Shown one piece after another: positions 46,936 through 56,420 of a stretch of 64,000 bases of DNA. Numbering within the stretch: position 1 is the stretch's first letter; each line of letters begins with the position of its first letter. The notes under the pieces are model-generated. The model was not told the DNA's origin. It searched no databases and saw only the letters and a program-made list of their open reading frames with translations. Position numbers and translations under genes: made by a program. The stretch lies in NCBI GenBank assembly GCA_963822945.1, contig CAWGJO010000020.1:893563-957562 (forward strand). Reading direction: 5' to 3'. Origin of the DNA: an uncultured Gemmatimonadaceae bacterium (lineage in GTDB: Bacteria; Gemmatimonadota; Gemmatimonadetes; Gemmatimonadales; Gemmatimonadaceae).

Positions 46936-48390
46936 ATGAAACCGACGATCGTGGAGGAGCTGGAGCGCGACATGTCGCCCGAGATAGCGGCAGCGTTCAC
47001 GCACCTGGCCGTGGAGTACCTGGCGCAGACGCGCGACGCGTCGCAGCGGGTGACCACGCGACACACGCCCGCGGAGCTGGCGGCGCGGTTCGCCGAACCG
47101 CTACCGCGCGCGGGGCGCAGCGTGGCGGACATCGTGGCGAGGCTGCGCACCGACGTGATCGCCGAGAGCAACCACCTCAGCCATCCGCGCTATATGGGCC
47201 ACCAGATGTCGGCGCCGCTGCCCGCAGCCATCTGGACGGAGTCGGTGATCGGCGCGCTCAACCAGTCGGTGGCGGTGTGGGAGATGTCGCCGGCGGGGAC
47301 GGTGATCGAGACGCAGGTGATCCGGTGGATGTGCGACTTGGTGGGCTTCGGACCTGGTGCCGGGGGAACGCTCACGTCGGGAGGAACGGAGGCGACGCAG
47401 ACGGCGCTGCTGGCGGCACGCGCGGCGGCGATGCCCAATGCGTGGGCGGAGGGCGTGGGTGCGAATCCGCCGGTGGTGGTGTACGGCGAACATGCGCACT
47501 ACGCGGTGTCGCGTGCCGTTGGCGCGCTCGGACTCGGTGTGAACAACGCCGTGAAGGTGCCGTCGCGGGACCATCGCATGGACGTGACCGCGCTGCATGA
47601 GGCATTGAACACGCTGGCCGCCGAGGGGCGCGCGGTGATGGCGGTGGTGGCCACCGCGGGCTCCACGGCCACCGGGTCGTTCGACGACCTGGAAACGATC
47701 GGCCGAATGTGCGAGGAGCGCGGCATCTGGCTGCACGTGGACGGCGCGCACGGCGCGTCGGCGCTGTTGTCCGCGGCGCACCGGCAGCTGGCGAAGGGAA
47801 TCGAGCGCGCGCAATCCATCGCCTGGGATCCGCACAAGATGATGCTGATGCCGCTGGCGGCGGGCGCGGTGTTGTTGCGCGACGAGCGGCGGCTGGAGGC
47901 CGCGTTCCTGCAGCAGGCGCCGTATCTATTCCACGGATCGGGGACGGCGGAACGGCGGTGGGATCAGGGCACGCGGAGCGCGCAGTGCTCCCGGCGGATG
48001 GACGCGCTGAAGCTGTGGGTGGCGCTGCAGCGGTACGGCGCCGACGGCATCGGCGCGCTGTTCGACCGGCTGTGCGATGTCGCGCATGCGATGCACGACG
48101 AGGTCGCGCGGCGTCCGGAACTCGAGGCGTTGCACGAGCCAGAGTGCAACATCCTCTGCTTCCGATGGGTGGGCGACCGCTCGGCGGACGAGGCGAGGCT
48201 GGATGCGGTGAACCGCGAGCTGCGCGAGCGCTACAACGCGTCGGGGCATGGGTGGATCACCGCCACCGATCTCGATGGGCGTCGCGTGCTGCGGGTGACG
48301 ATCATGAATCCGCGCACCACGCCCGAGCGGTGCCGCGAAGTGGTGGATGCGTTGGTGGCGACCGGCGCGGAGATCGGCGCTGGCCGCTGA
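46936..48390 (+). CDS. Group II PLP-dependent amino-acid decarboxylase
   Basis: HPRYMGH, TSGGT, WLHVDGAHG, DPHK (PLP Lys); substrate not assignable. Confidence 0.92.
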   Translation: MKPTIVEELERDMSPEIAAAFTHLAVEYLAQTRDASQRVTTRHTPAELAARFAEPLPRAGRSVADIVARLRTDVIAESNHLSHPRYMGHQMSAPLPAAIWTESVIGALNQSVAVWEMSPAGTVIETQVIRWMCDLVGFGPGAGGTLTSGGTEATQTALLAARAAAMPNAWAEGVGANPPVVVYGEHAHYAVSRAVGALGLGVNNAVKVPSRDHRMDVTALHEALNTLAAEGRAVMAVVATAGSTATGSFDDLETIGRMCEERGIWLHVDGAHGASALLSAAHRQLAKGIERAQSIAWDPHKMMLMPLAAGAVLLRDERRLEAAFLQQAPYLFHGSGTAERRWDQGTRSAQCSRRMDALKLWVALQRYGADGIGALFDRLCDVAHAMHDEVARRPELEALHEPECNILCFRWVGDRSADEARLDAVNRELRERYNASGHGWITATDLDGRRVLRVTIMNPRTTPERCREVVDALVATGAEIGAGR

Positions 48391-48393
48391 GGG

Positions 48394-48906
48394 CTACAGC
48401 GCCTTCTTGATCGCGGCTTCGAGGTCCTGCTTTCCGCCCAGTCCCGTGTAGACCACCTTGCCCGTCTTGTCGAGCACAACGACGTACGACGTGGCGGGCG
48501 CGTCGAATGCGCCGCTGGCGTCGCCGTCGGTATCGAAGAACTGGGTGCCGGGAATGTGGTACTTGGCCACGAACGCCTTGACGCGCGCCGGGCTCTCGTT
48601 CACCGAGACGGCGATGCCCACGAAGTGCACCCGGTCGCCGTACTTGGCGGCCATGGCGTCCATCGTGGGGCGAAGTTCCTTGCAGTTGGGACACCAGGTG
48701 GCCCAGAACTCGATGAGCGTGGGCGTCTTGCCGATGAAGGCGCCGAGGTCGGTCTTCTGCCCGTCGAGCGTGTAGACCGGCGGGTTGGGGGCATGGGAGC
48801 CGATCTCGAGGCCCATGCCCTGCGCGCCGGCGGCGCGCGGCGCGACGACGGCGAACGATGCGGCGGCGAGCGCCACCAGGATTGCGCGAGCGGGCGTCAG
48901 CTTCAT
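48394..48906 (-). CDS. TlpA-family thiol-disulfide reductase
   Basis: Signal peptide, FWATWCPNC; ATGA overlap with the upstream ccdA-like gene. Confidence 0.88.
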   Translation of the reverse strand: MKLTPARAILVALAAASFAVVAPRAAGAQGMGLEIGSHAPNPPVYTLDGQKTDLGAFIGKTPTLIEFWATWCPNCKELRPTMDAMAAKYGDRVHFVGIAVSVNESPARVKAFVAKYHIPGTQFFDTDGDASGAFDAPATSYVVVLDKTGKVVYTGLGGKQDLEAAIKKAL

Positions 48907-49616
48907 ATGACCAACTGTCCCATCTTGAAAAGGTAATACTCGGCGACCGCCAGCATGACGAGCGCGAACAGCTTCTTGATCCACACCATCCACGAGCCGG
49001 CGCGCGGCAGCCGGGCCAGCGACCCCGATGAGGCGCCGAGCACGATGAGCAGCGTCGACATGCCGAGCGAGAACACGAACAGATAGAGAAAGCCGAGCAC
49101 GGCACTCTTTGTCGTGCTCACCCAGGTCAATACCACCGCCATCACCGGCGCCGAGCAGGGCGCGGCCACCAGTCCCGACATGGCGCCCATGACGAACGCG
49201 CCCGAGAACTTCCCCGCCGTGCCGGCAGTGCTGGCGCGCGCGACGAGCGCCTGCGGCAGCCGCACCGGAATGACGTCGAGCATGGCCAGCGCCGCGATCA
49301 CCAGCACGTTGGCCATCACGAAGTACAACCATGGATTGGTGCTGATGGTTCCGAACAGGGTGCCGGAGAGTCCGGCAAAGAGGCCGAGCGCCGAATAGAC
49401 GAGGGCGAGCCCGGCGACGTAGGTGAGGGTGAGGAAGAGGGGGCGGAAGCGCGGGGTCTCGGCGCCGGCGCTCTCTCCGCCGACGATCGCGATGGTGATC
49501 GGGATCATCGGGTAGATGCACGGGGTGAGGCTGGTGAGGACGCCGCCGAGGAAGACGAGCGGGAGGGCGAACAGGGGGTTCGCGGAGAGGAGGTGGGAGA
49601 GGTTGGCGGGGTTCAC
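48903..49616 (-). CDS. ccdA: CcdA/DsbD-beta membrane electron transporter
   Basis: SLTPCIYPMIP and AAPCSAP conserved Cys-Pro motifs; about 6 TM. Confidence 0.9.
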   Translation of the reverse strand: MNPANLSHLLSANPLFALPLVFLGGVLTSLTPCIYPMIPITIAIVGGESAGAETPRFRPLFLTLTYVAGLALVYSALGLFAGLSGTLFGTISTNPWLYFVMANVLVIAALAMLDVIPVRLPQALVARASTAGTAGKFSGAFVMGAMSGLVAAPCSAPVMAVVLTWVSTTKSAVLGFLYLFVFSLGMSTLLIVLGASSGSLARLPRAGSWMVWIKKLFALVMLAVAEYYLFKMGQLVI

Positions 49617-49790
49617 GAGGGGAATGTAGGCCGGTAAGCGGGTAGGTCGGTAGGTCGGACAGGGGCGGAAGCAGCAACGGTAACTGCAACAGAAGGCTGT
49701 GAGCTACCCGCTGACAACTCACGGCCTTCAGTTGGGGAGGGGGCGGGAGAGTGATTAGCTTTCCCTCCCGCCCTGCAACCCCGAGTGTCC

Positions 49791-51467
49791 ATGCCCCCGC
49801 AATTCATCTACGTCATGAAGGATCTGCGCAAAGTCGTCCCGCCCCAGCGGGAGATTCTGCGTGGCATCTGGCTGTCCTTCTACTACGGCGCCAAGATCGG
49901 CGTCCTCGGCCCCAACGGCGCCGGCAAGTCGAGCCTGCTGCGCATCATGGCCGGCGTGGACCACGACTATCAGGGCGAGGCGTGGATGGCCGACGGGATG
50001 ACGGTGGGCTATCTGCCGCAGGAGCCGCAGCTCGACCCGGCGCTGGACGTGAAGGGGAATGTGGAACTCGCGGTGGCGGCGCAGCGCGGACTGCTGGAGC
50101 GGTTCAACGAGATCTCGATGGCGTTCGCCGAGCCGATGAGCGACGACGCAATGGAGAAGCTGCTCGCCGAGCAGTCGCGGGTGCAGGAGCAGATCGACGC
50201 GCACGATCTGTGGAGTCTCGATACGAAGATCGAGATCGCGATGGACGCGCTGCGGCTGCCGCCGTGGGACGCCGACGTCAACAAACTGTCGGGCGGCGAG
50301 CGGCGGCGCGTGGCGCTCTGCCGAGTGTTGCTGGAGCAGCCCGACATGCTGCTGCTCGACGAGCCGACCAACCATCTGGACGCCGAGAGCGTGGCGTGGC
50401 TGGAGCGGCACCTGGCGGAGTTTCCGGGCACCGTTGTGGCGATCACGCACGACCGGTACTTCCTGGACAACGTGGCCAAGTGGATTCTGGAACTGGATCG
50501 TGGAGCCGGTATTCCGTGGGAGGGCAACTACACGAGTTGGCTGGAGCAGAAGCAGAACCGTCTGCAGACCGAGGAGAAGCAGGCCAGTGCCCGGCAGCGG
50601 ACGCTGCAGCGCGAGTTGGAATGGGTGCGCATGGCGCCGCGGGCGCGGCAGGCCAAGAACAAGGCACGCATTCAGAAGTACGAGGAACTCGCGAGCCAGG
50701 AGTCGCAGGAGAAGATCCTGCAGCACGAAATCGTGATTCCGCCGCCCCCGCGTCTGGGCAACGACGTCGTGATCGCGAAGAACCTGCGCAAGGGGTACGG
50801 CGACAAGCTGCTGATCGACGGACTGGACTTCGCGTTGCCGCGCGGCGGGATCGTGGGCGTGATCGGGGCCAACGGCGCGGGGAAGACGACTCTGTTCCGG
50901 ATGATCGTGGGCGACGAGCAGCCGGATGGCGGCGAGCTGAAGGTGGGCGAGACCGTGCAGCTCGCGTACGTGGACCAGAGCCGGACGTTGGACGGCGAGA
51001 AGACGGTCTACGATGAAGTGAGCGGCGGGCTCGACTCGATCATGGTGGGCAAGCGTGAGATCAACAGTCGAGCGTATCTGGCGAGCTTCAACTTCAAGGG
51101 GCCGGATCAGCAGAAGCGGGTGAAGGATCTCTCCGGCGGGGAGCGCAACCGGCTGCACCTGGCGAAGACGCTCAAGAGCGGTGGGAACGTGCTGCTACTC
51201 GATGAGCCGACGAACGATCTGGACGTGGATACGCTGCGGGCGTTGGAAGACGCACTGATCGATTTCGCGGGGTGTGTGGTGGTGATCTCGCACGACCGGT
51301 GGTTCCTGGACCGGATTGCGACGCACATGCTGGCGTTCGAGGGGGATTCGGAAGTCGTGTGGTTCGAGGGGAATTTTCAGTCCTATATAGAAGATCTGAA
51401 GAAGCGGAAAGGCCCGGATGCGGATCAGCCGCACCGGGTGACGTATCGGAAGTTGGTGCGGGGGTAG
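49791..51467 (+). CDS. ettA: Energy-dependent translational throttle ABC-F ATPase
   Basis: [11 protein letters not shown], two Walker A/LSGGE/LLDEPTN sets, ELEWVR..PRARQAK.KAR linker, C-terminal PHRV.YRKL. Confidence 0.96.
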   Translation: MPPQFIYVMKDLRKVVPPQREILRGIWLSFYYGAKIGVLGPNGAGKSSLLRIMAGVDHDYQGEAWMADGMTVGYLPQEPQLDPALDVKGNVELAVAAQRGLLERFNEISMAFAEPMSDDAMEKLLAEQSRVQEQIDAHDLWSLDTKIEIAMDALRLPPWDADVNKLSGGERRRVALCRVLLEQPDMLLLDEPTNHLDAESVAWLERHLAEFPGTVVAITHDRYFLDNVAKWILELDRGAGIPWEGNYTSWLEQKQNRLQTEEKQASARQRTLQRELEWVRMAPRARQAKNKARIQKYEELASQESQEKILQHEIVIPPPPRLGNDVVIAKNLRKGYGDKLLIDGLDFALPRGGIVGVIGANGAGKTTLFRMIVGDEQPDGGELKVGETVQLAYVDQSRTLDGEKTVYDEVSGGLDSIMVGKREINSRAYLASFNFKGPDQQKRVKDLSGGERNRLHLAKTLKSGGNVLLLDEPTNDLDVDTLRALEDALIDFAGCVVVISHDRWFLDRIATHMLAFEGDSEVVWFEGNFQSYIEDLKKRKGPDADQPHRVTYRKLVRG

Positions 51468-51574
51468 GGCCGGCCTCCAACAACCCGCGGCGTCCCGCCG
51501 CGCATCGGCTTCTCTCGGCCAGAGTTCACGACGGCGGTTCGGTTCTCATGCCGCTGGGCGTCCCGGTCCAGCTT

Positions 51575-51712
51575 TCAGGGAAGGGGGCCATGGTGCGGCG
51601 CGGTCACCCGCGAGGCAGCCTCATGCTCGTGAACCACAAGGCCGCCCACACTGACCAGCGCAACAATCGCGAGAGCGACGGACGCGACATCCCCGAGTAT
51701 CCGCCTGTTCAT
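51575..51712 (-). pseudogene. 45-aa membrane-anchor ORF, possibly a truncated gene
   Basis: GGAGG RBS, then MNRRILGDVASVALAIVALVSVGGLVVHEHEAASRVTAPHHGPLP; resembles the N-anchor of the DsbA at 58320-59012. Confidence 0.4.
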
Positions 51713-51868
51713 AAATCCTCCCGCTAACTCACCATGAGAAGGGCGAGGCGTGAACTCGCACCCTTACAACGCGACCGTGTGTCATCGCGCACTCAAGACC
51801 CACAGATAGCTCGTATACCGAAACCGTACTCTTGACCTCGGCACCAACCACCTCGCTGTAACCTGGCC

Positions 51869-54400
51869 TCACTCCGCCCGCAGAACGGCGGCCGGACTCC
51901 GCCGTAGCACACGCACGGTCGGGATAAGCGTCGCAAAGAACCATACCAATATGAGAACGGCCCCTCCCATGAGGATGATCGCGGGGTCCCCCGCTGATAC
52001 TCGAAAGAGGAGCGGGTCGATTGCACGGTGTACGGCGACCACCACTATGCCCCCTGCGGCGAGGCCACCAATTACGGCGCGCAACCCATTCCATCCCACC
52101 GTCACGAAGACGTGACGGGGGCGAGCGCCGAGCGCAATACGGACAGCGAGTTCCATGGACCGTTGTGCCGCGTTGAACGCCACCACGCCGTAGAGGCCGA
52201 TCACGGAGATGGTCAGAGCCACACCGCCAAAGAGCGCGAACATCGCCGCGGCGGCGCGCCACGTGTGGAACTGCGGTTCCAGAACATCGGCCATAGTATT
52301 CACGGTGACTGCCCGAAGCTGGGGCTGCGCCCCTTGAACCGCGCGCCGAATTGCCGCACGAGTCGAGGCGGTGACGTTCTCGCTGTGGACGAATAGGCCG
52401 CTCGGCCACCGCGGAGTCACCCTACTTTGAGCAATCGGTACGTAAACAAGAAACGCGCCACGATTCAGGATGTCTCTCTTCCAGAAGCCGTTGAGCACGC
52501 CAACCACCGTGACGCATTCTCTGCTCGCCGGATCGTGCCAATGGGGAAGTAACATGCAGCGTCCAATCGCATCTTCACCCGGCCACAGAAGACTCGCCAC
52601 GGGTGCGTCGATGATCGCAACGCGCGGTGCCCCGCGCCGGTCTGCGGAGGCAAAGTCCCGACCGCGAAGCGACGTGGCCCCAACGGTTCGGAAGAAACCG
52701 CTGTCGACGGCTATCTCCGATGCCACCTGACCTTCCCAGGCACGCCTCATGGTGGGGGTCTCCCCGCGTTCCGGCGTCTCAGGCGAGACGGCGTATCCAC
52801 CTTGGTACGGCTCCCCAGCCGCAAACGCGACGCGCGTCACGCCCGGTATGGCTCGTACGTTGGCCGCCATCCGATCCAATACCGCCTGGGCAGCGGGGTG
52901 CGGAAGACCAAGTGCGTTGAGATCGAACCGGACCGCCAGGGTGTGTGCGACGTCCAAGCCGAGGTCGAGCTCGTTCACATGGCGCATGCTGAGCACAAAC
53001 ACGCCGGCACCGACCAACAGAACCAGACAGAGCGCCGCTTGGATCGTGACGAGCACACTTCGCGCCCGACCACCTCGCCCGATCGCCCCAGGCCCTCCAG
53101 CCCGCAATCCGGAAGTAAGGTTGGGCACCGCCGCCTGAAGCATTGGTGCGAGCCCCATTAGCACGCCGGTCAGCAATGCGATGCCGGCAGTAAATCCAAG
53201 GACGTGTAAATCCACGAACGTTCCTACGCCGATCTCGGTAAAGGCGTGCCTGAGCAACCCGCCGCCGAGGGCAGCGAGCCATACGGCCCCCGCTGCACCG
53301 AGCCCCGCGAGCACCATACCCTCAACGAGCAGTTGCCGTGCGAGGCGACCACGGGAAGCGCCGAGTGCCAAGCGGACGGCGGTTTCCCGCCGACGTACGA
53401 CGGCTCGCCCCAGGAGCAGGTTGGCTACGTTGGCGCAAGCGATGAGCAGTACGATCGATGAGACCGCCGCCAGCCAGAGCGCAACGTGAACCACACGCGG
53501 CGCATCCGGTCCGCGGCCTGGGATGATCGACGCGGCAACCAAGTGGGACGACGAGTCCCCGGCGAAATACCCATTTCCTTGGAGCCAGGCGGCGCTCGCT
53601 TCCTGCTCCGCGATGGCGGGGGTGACGCCCGGCCTCAGACGGCCGATGACATTGAACCAGGGTGCCCCCCGGCTCGTCAACAAGCCGGGCGGCATCAATT
53701 CGGCTGCGGCGACCGTGACGGGAAGATAGACGTCCGGCGCGGCTGTCTCGGCACCCGTGAACCCCGGGGGGGCCACCCCGACCACGACATACGTGAGCGA
53801 GCCGACGCGCACACTGCGCCCCAGCGCAGTCCGGCGCCCTCCGAACTGCGTTCGCCAGAAATCGTACCCGAGTATGGCAACCGGAGCACCGCCAATCACA
53901 TTACTGGCGGGGGATTGATCGGCATCATCGAATAGTCGGCCGACCGCCGCGTCAATACCCAAGACGCGGAAAAAGTTCGACGACACGACCCAGGCGTGTA
54001 CGGGGCTTGATTCAATGCCCTCGCCAAATGGAAGTACGAAGGCACCGTAGCCCGCCACCCCACTAAAGCCCGAAGTGGAACGTTGGATGTCCAGGTACGC
54101 GGGGTAGTTCAACCCCGGTGTAACGCGCGCCCTACCCGTCGCACTGTGTCCGTCCACCAGCACGCGCACCACGTCCTGGGGCGCGTGCACACCGGGCGGC
54201 GGACGGAATAGGAGGCGGTCAACGGCACCCGCCATCGTTGCGTTGGCACCGATCCCGATAGCCAACGTCACCACCACCAGAAATGTAAAGCCCGGGCTGC
54301 GGCGTATCTGTCGAACCGCAATCGCTGCATCCGTGCTCACATCGGCACCAAGTCGCCGGACCACCCATGGGAACCGCGCCAGCCGTGATTGCCGCGTCAT
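51869..54400 (-). CDS. Duplicated MacB/FtsX-type orphan ABC permease (ADOP-like)
   Basis: RRSPGFT...TLAIGIGAN, LLIACANVANLLL, RRETAVRLALGA, ELAVRIALGA; no ATPase gene nearby. Confidence 0.9.
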   Translation of the reverse strand: MTRQSRLARFPWVVRRLGADVSTDAAIAVRQIRRSPGFTFLVVVTLAIGIGANATMAGAVDRLLFRPPPGVHAPQDVVRVLVDGHSATGRARVTPGLNYPAYLDIQRSTSGFSGVAGYGAFVLPFGEGIESSPVHAWVVSSNFFRVLGIDAAVGRLFDDADQSPASNVIGGAPVAILGYDFWRTQFGGRRTALGRSVRVGSLTYVVVGVAPPGFTGAETAAPDVYLPVTVAAAELMPPGLLTSRGAPWFNVIGRLRPGVTPAIAEQEASAAWLQGNGYFAGDSSSHLVAASIIPGRGPDAPRVVHVALWLAAVSSIVLLIACANVANLLLGRAVVRRRETAVRLALGASRGRLARQLLVEGMVLAGLGAAGAVWLAALGGGLLRHAFTEIGVGTFVDLHVLGFTAGIALLTGVLMGLAPMLQAAVPNLTSGLRAGGPGAIGRGGRARSVLVTIQAALCLVLLVGAGVFVLSMRHVNELDLGLDVAHTLAVRFDLNALGLPHPAAQAVLDRMAANVRAIPGVTRVAFAAGEPYQGGYAVSPETPERGETPTMRRAWEGQVASEIAVDSGFFRTVGATSLRGRDFASADRRGAPRVAIIDAPVASLLWPGEDAIGRCMLLPHWHDPASRECVTVVGVLNGFWKRDILNRGAFLVYVPIAQSRVTPRWPSGLFVHSENVTASTRAAIRRAVQGAQPQLRAVTVNTMADVLEPQFHTWRAAAAMFALFGGVALTISVIGLYGVVAFNAAQRSMELAVRIALGARPRHVFVTVGWNGLRAVIGGLAAGGIVVVAVHRAIDPLLFRVSAGDPAIILMGGAVLILVWFFATLIPTVRVLRRSPAAVLRAE

Positions 54401-54865
54401 GAGAGGATGCGCCGCATATCCGGGTTGCCTGCAGTTGAAAGTGAGGACTGCCTGGTGGGGTGACACGCGCTGCCGTTTGCGGTGGGGCTATTTCCACTCT
54501 CCGATGGCCGCGATGCCACCCATACGTGCGACTACGCGCCTCCCACATAGCCCTTGTGCAAAGGCGGACGACGGCCCTCCCGAGCGTCCGAGAAGGCCAT
54601 CGCCCCCAGCTCCATCATAGCGTGCACTCCGCCGCGTGCACAACCATTCGTTCCGAAGCGATGGCAGTCCTCGCTAGGAGTCGCCACCGATGATAATCGG
54701 GCACTGGTTGCTGCAGATCGTGTTCCCTCCACCGGTGCCGTCGTCAAGGATAGTTGGTATGAAGCGGCGGTTGGGCCTCCACGGTAACGTGGTGGCAGAG
54801 TCGCCCCACCCATATCAACGCGCTCACCGTCTGGCGACGGGGCGCACACCGGGAGGCCAACCGCC

Positions 54866-55924
54866 ATGGAGATGATAGGCCTGGACCTGCACAAACGCGA
54901 GAGTCAGCTGGCGATCAAGGCGGAGGACGGGACGATCACGGACCGGCGCATCGTCACGAGCCGGGCGCGGTTCACGGCGGTGCTCGGGGGCCGGCCGCGC
55001 GCGCGGATTCTGCTCGAGGCGAGCACGGAGAGCGAGTGGGTGGCGCGGCATTTGGAGTCGCTGGGTCACGACGTGATCGTGGCGGACCCGAACTACGCGC
55101 CGATGTATGCCAATCGCTCGCGGCGCACGAAGACCGACAAGCGTGATGCGCGGACGCTGCTGGATGCGTGCGCCACGGGGGCGTATCGGCCGGCGTATCG
55201 TCTGTCGGAGGCGCGCCGCCGCGTGCGGGCCGAACTCGCGGTGCGCGATGCGCTCGTGCGCACGCGGACGCGGTACATCGCGCTGGCGAAGGCGCTCGTG
55301 CGGCGTGATGGGTTGCGCGTACCGACGAGCGCGAGCGCGTGGGTGCCGGCGCGGATCGCCGCACTTGATCTGTCGCCGGCGCTGACCACGGAGCTGGCGC
55401 CGCTCTTTGCGGTGTATGCCTCGCTCAACGAGCAAATCGCCGCGGCGGATCGGCGTATCGCGACCGTCGCGGCCAGCGACCCGATCGTGGCGCGGCTCGC
55501 GACGGCGCCCGGGGTGGGCCCGGTGACGGCGATTGCGTTCGTCGCCACGATCGATGACATCACGCGATTTCGCTCGGCGCACGACCTCGAAGCGTATCTC
55601 GGCGTGGTGCCGAGGGAGCGCAGCTCCGGGGAGAAGCGCCAGCTCGGACGGATTACCAAAGCGGGCAACGGCCGGATGCGCTGGCTCCTGGTCGAGGCCG
55701 GGTGGCAGATCCTGCGGTCGAAGTCGGCGGAGACGGTGGCGCTCCGCGCCTGGACGCGGGCGATCGCGCAGCGGCGCGGCAAGCGGATCGCGGTGGTCGC
55801 GCTCGCGCGGCGGCTGGCCGGGATTCTCTACGCGATGTGGCGCGACGGCGTGGCGTATGAGGCGCAGCGAATCCGACCGCTGGCACCGGGGGCGCCCCAG
55901 GCCGTAGACCAACGGGCGGGATAA
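54866..55924 (+). CDS. IS110-family DEDD recombinase/transposase
   Basis: GLDLHK, LLEAS, KTDKRDA (DEDD), PGVG, YLGVVP..RSSG (catalytic Ser), ITKAGN, VALARRL; GGAGG RBS. Confidence 0.95.
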   Translation: MEMIGLDLHKRESQLAIKAEDGTITDRRIVTSRARFTAVLGGRPRARILLEASTESEWVARHLESLGHDVIVADPNYAPMYANRSRRTKTDKRDARTLLDACATGAYRPAYRLSEARRRVRAELAVRDALVRTRTRYIALAKALVRRDGLRVPTSASAWVPARIAALDLSPALTTELAPLFAVYASLNEQIAAADRRIATVAASDPIVARLATAPGVGPVTAIAFVATIDDITRFRSAHDLEAYLGVVPRERSSGEKRQLGRITKAGNGRMRWLLVEAGWQILRSKSAETVALRAWTRAIAQRRGKRIAVVALARRLAGILYAMWRDGVAYEAQRIRPLAPGAPQAVDQRAG

Positions 55925-56183
55925 GGGCGGGAGGACCGTGCGCGAATCGAAGTGACTGAATCGGGAGCGGCGAGCGCGTGAAATTCCTTGACGCACCACG
56001 GACCATCGACGTCGTGGGATCGTTGGCGCCGTCCGCTCTTTCGTACCACCCCAATGCGCCGGGACCCTCGCGTCCCACCCGAGAGCGCGAACAGAAGGCT
56101 GAGCAGCACCTCGAGGACCGCGTGGACAACAGAAGAACGCGCTACGGCAAGCCTGCGCAAAACTCATTGGGGCTTGCCGCGGG
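55925..56183 (+). ncRNA. Predicted bridge RNA/seekRNA; ends approximate
   Basis: Contains a 14/15 reverse-complement match to the reconstructed target and an 8-nt match to the donor junction, each beside a hairpin. Confidence 0.7.
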
Positions 56184-56202
56184 CCGCCGCTTCACAGAAG
56201 GA

Positions 56203-56372
56203 ATCTCAATCCCCGTATGGTCTGAGGGCAGCGCGCTGGGGGCCAACCCGGAAGCGTGGGCCCGCGGTCTGGTAGGCTCGGCGTGGGATCCGGGTGGACG
56301 CCAGCGGCCGTTTGGGTGGTCGGGGGGTGGCTGGCCTGCGGCAGCCAGGAATTCGAGCGGATCGACCGTCAT
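56203..56372 (-). pseudogene. IS91-like transposase/end remnant
   Basis: TVDPLEFLA motif, shared with the 59688-59870 remnant. Confidence 0.45.
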
Positions 56373-56420
56373 TGGTGGTCGGCGAGTGAGCGGGACACCT
56401 CGAGCGGGTCATCGGCTGGC

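Larger units (their letters stand above)
54746..56202 (+). mobile_element. IS110-family insertion sequence, IS1111 group
   Basis: Sub-terminal IRs TGAAGCGGCGG (54760-54770) and CCGCCGCTTCA (56184-56194); AAGGA at both ends (54746-54750, 56198-56202); short left end and about 270-nt right non-coding end. Confidence 0.88.

Noticed and set aside
19653..51158. Long overlapping or antisense ORFs (e.g. 40006-43050 minus, 24430-26688 plus, 27170-29236 minus, most of 19653-21839)
   Set aside because: Shadow frames of high-GC genes; Arg/Pro/Gly-rich with no motifs
54670..54750. Cys-containing peptide tail (DDGTGGGNTICSNQCPIIIGGDS, minus strand) as a second precursor disrupted by the IS
   Set aside because: No convincing start, RBS or leader across the reconstructed empty site; too short to support
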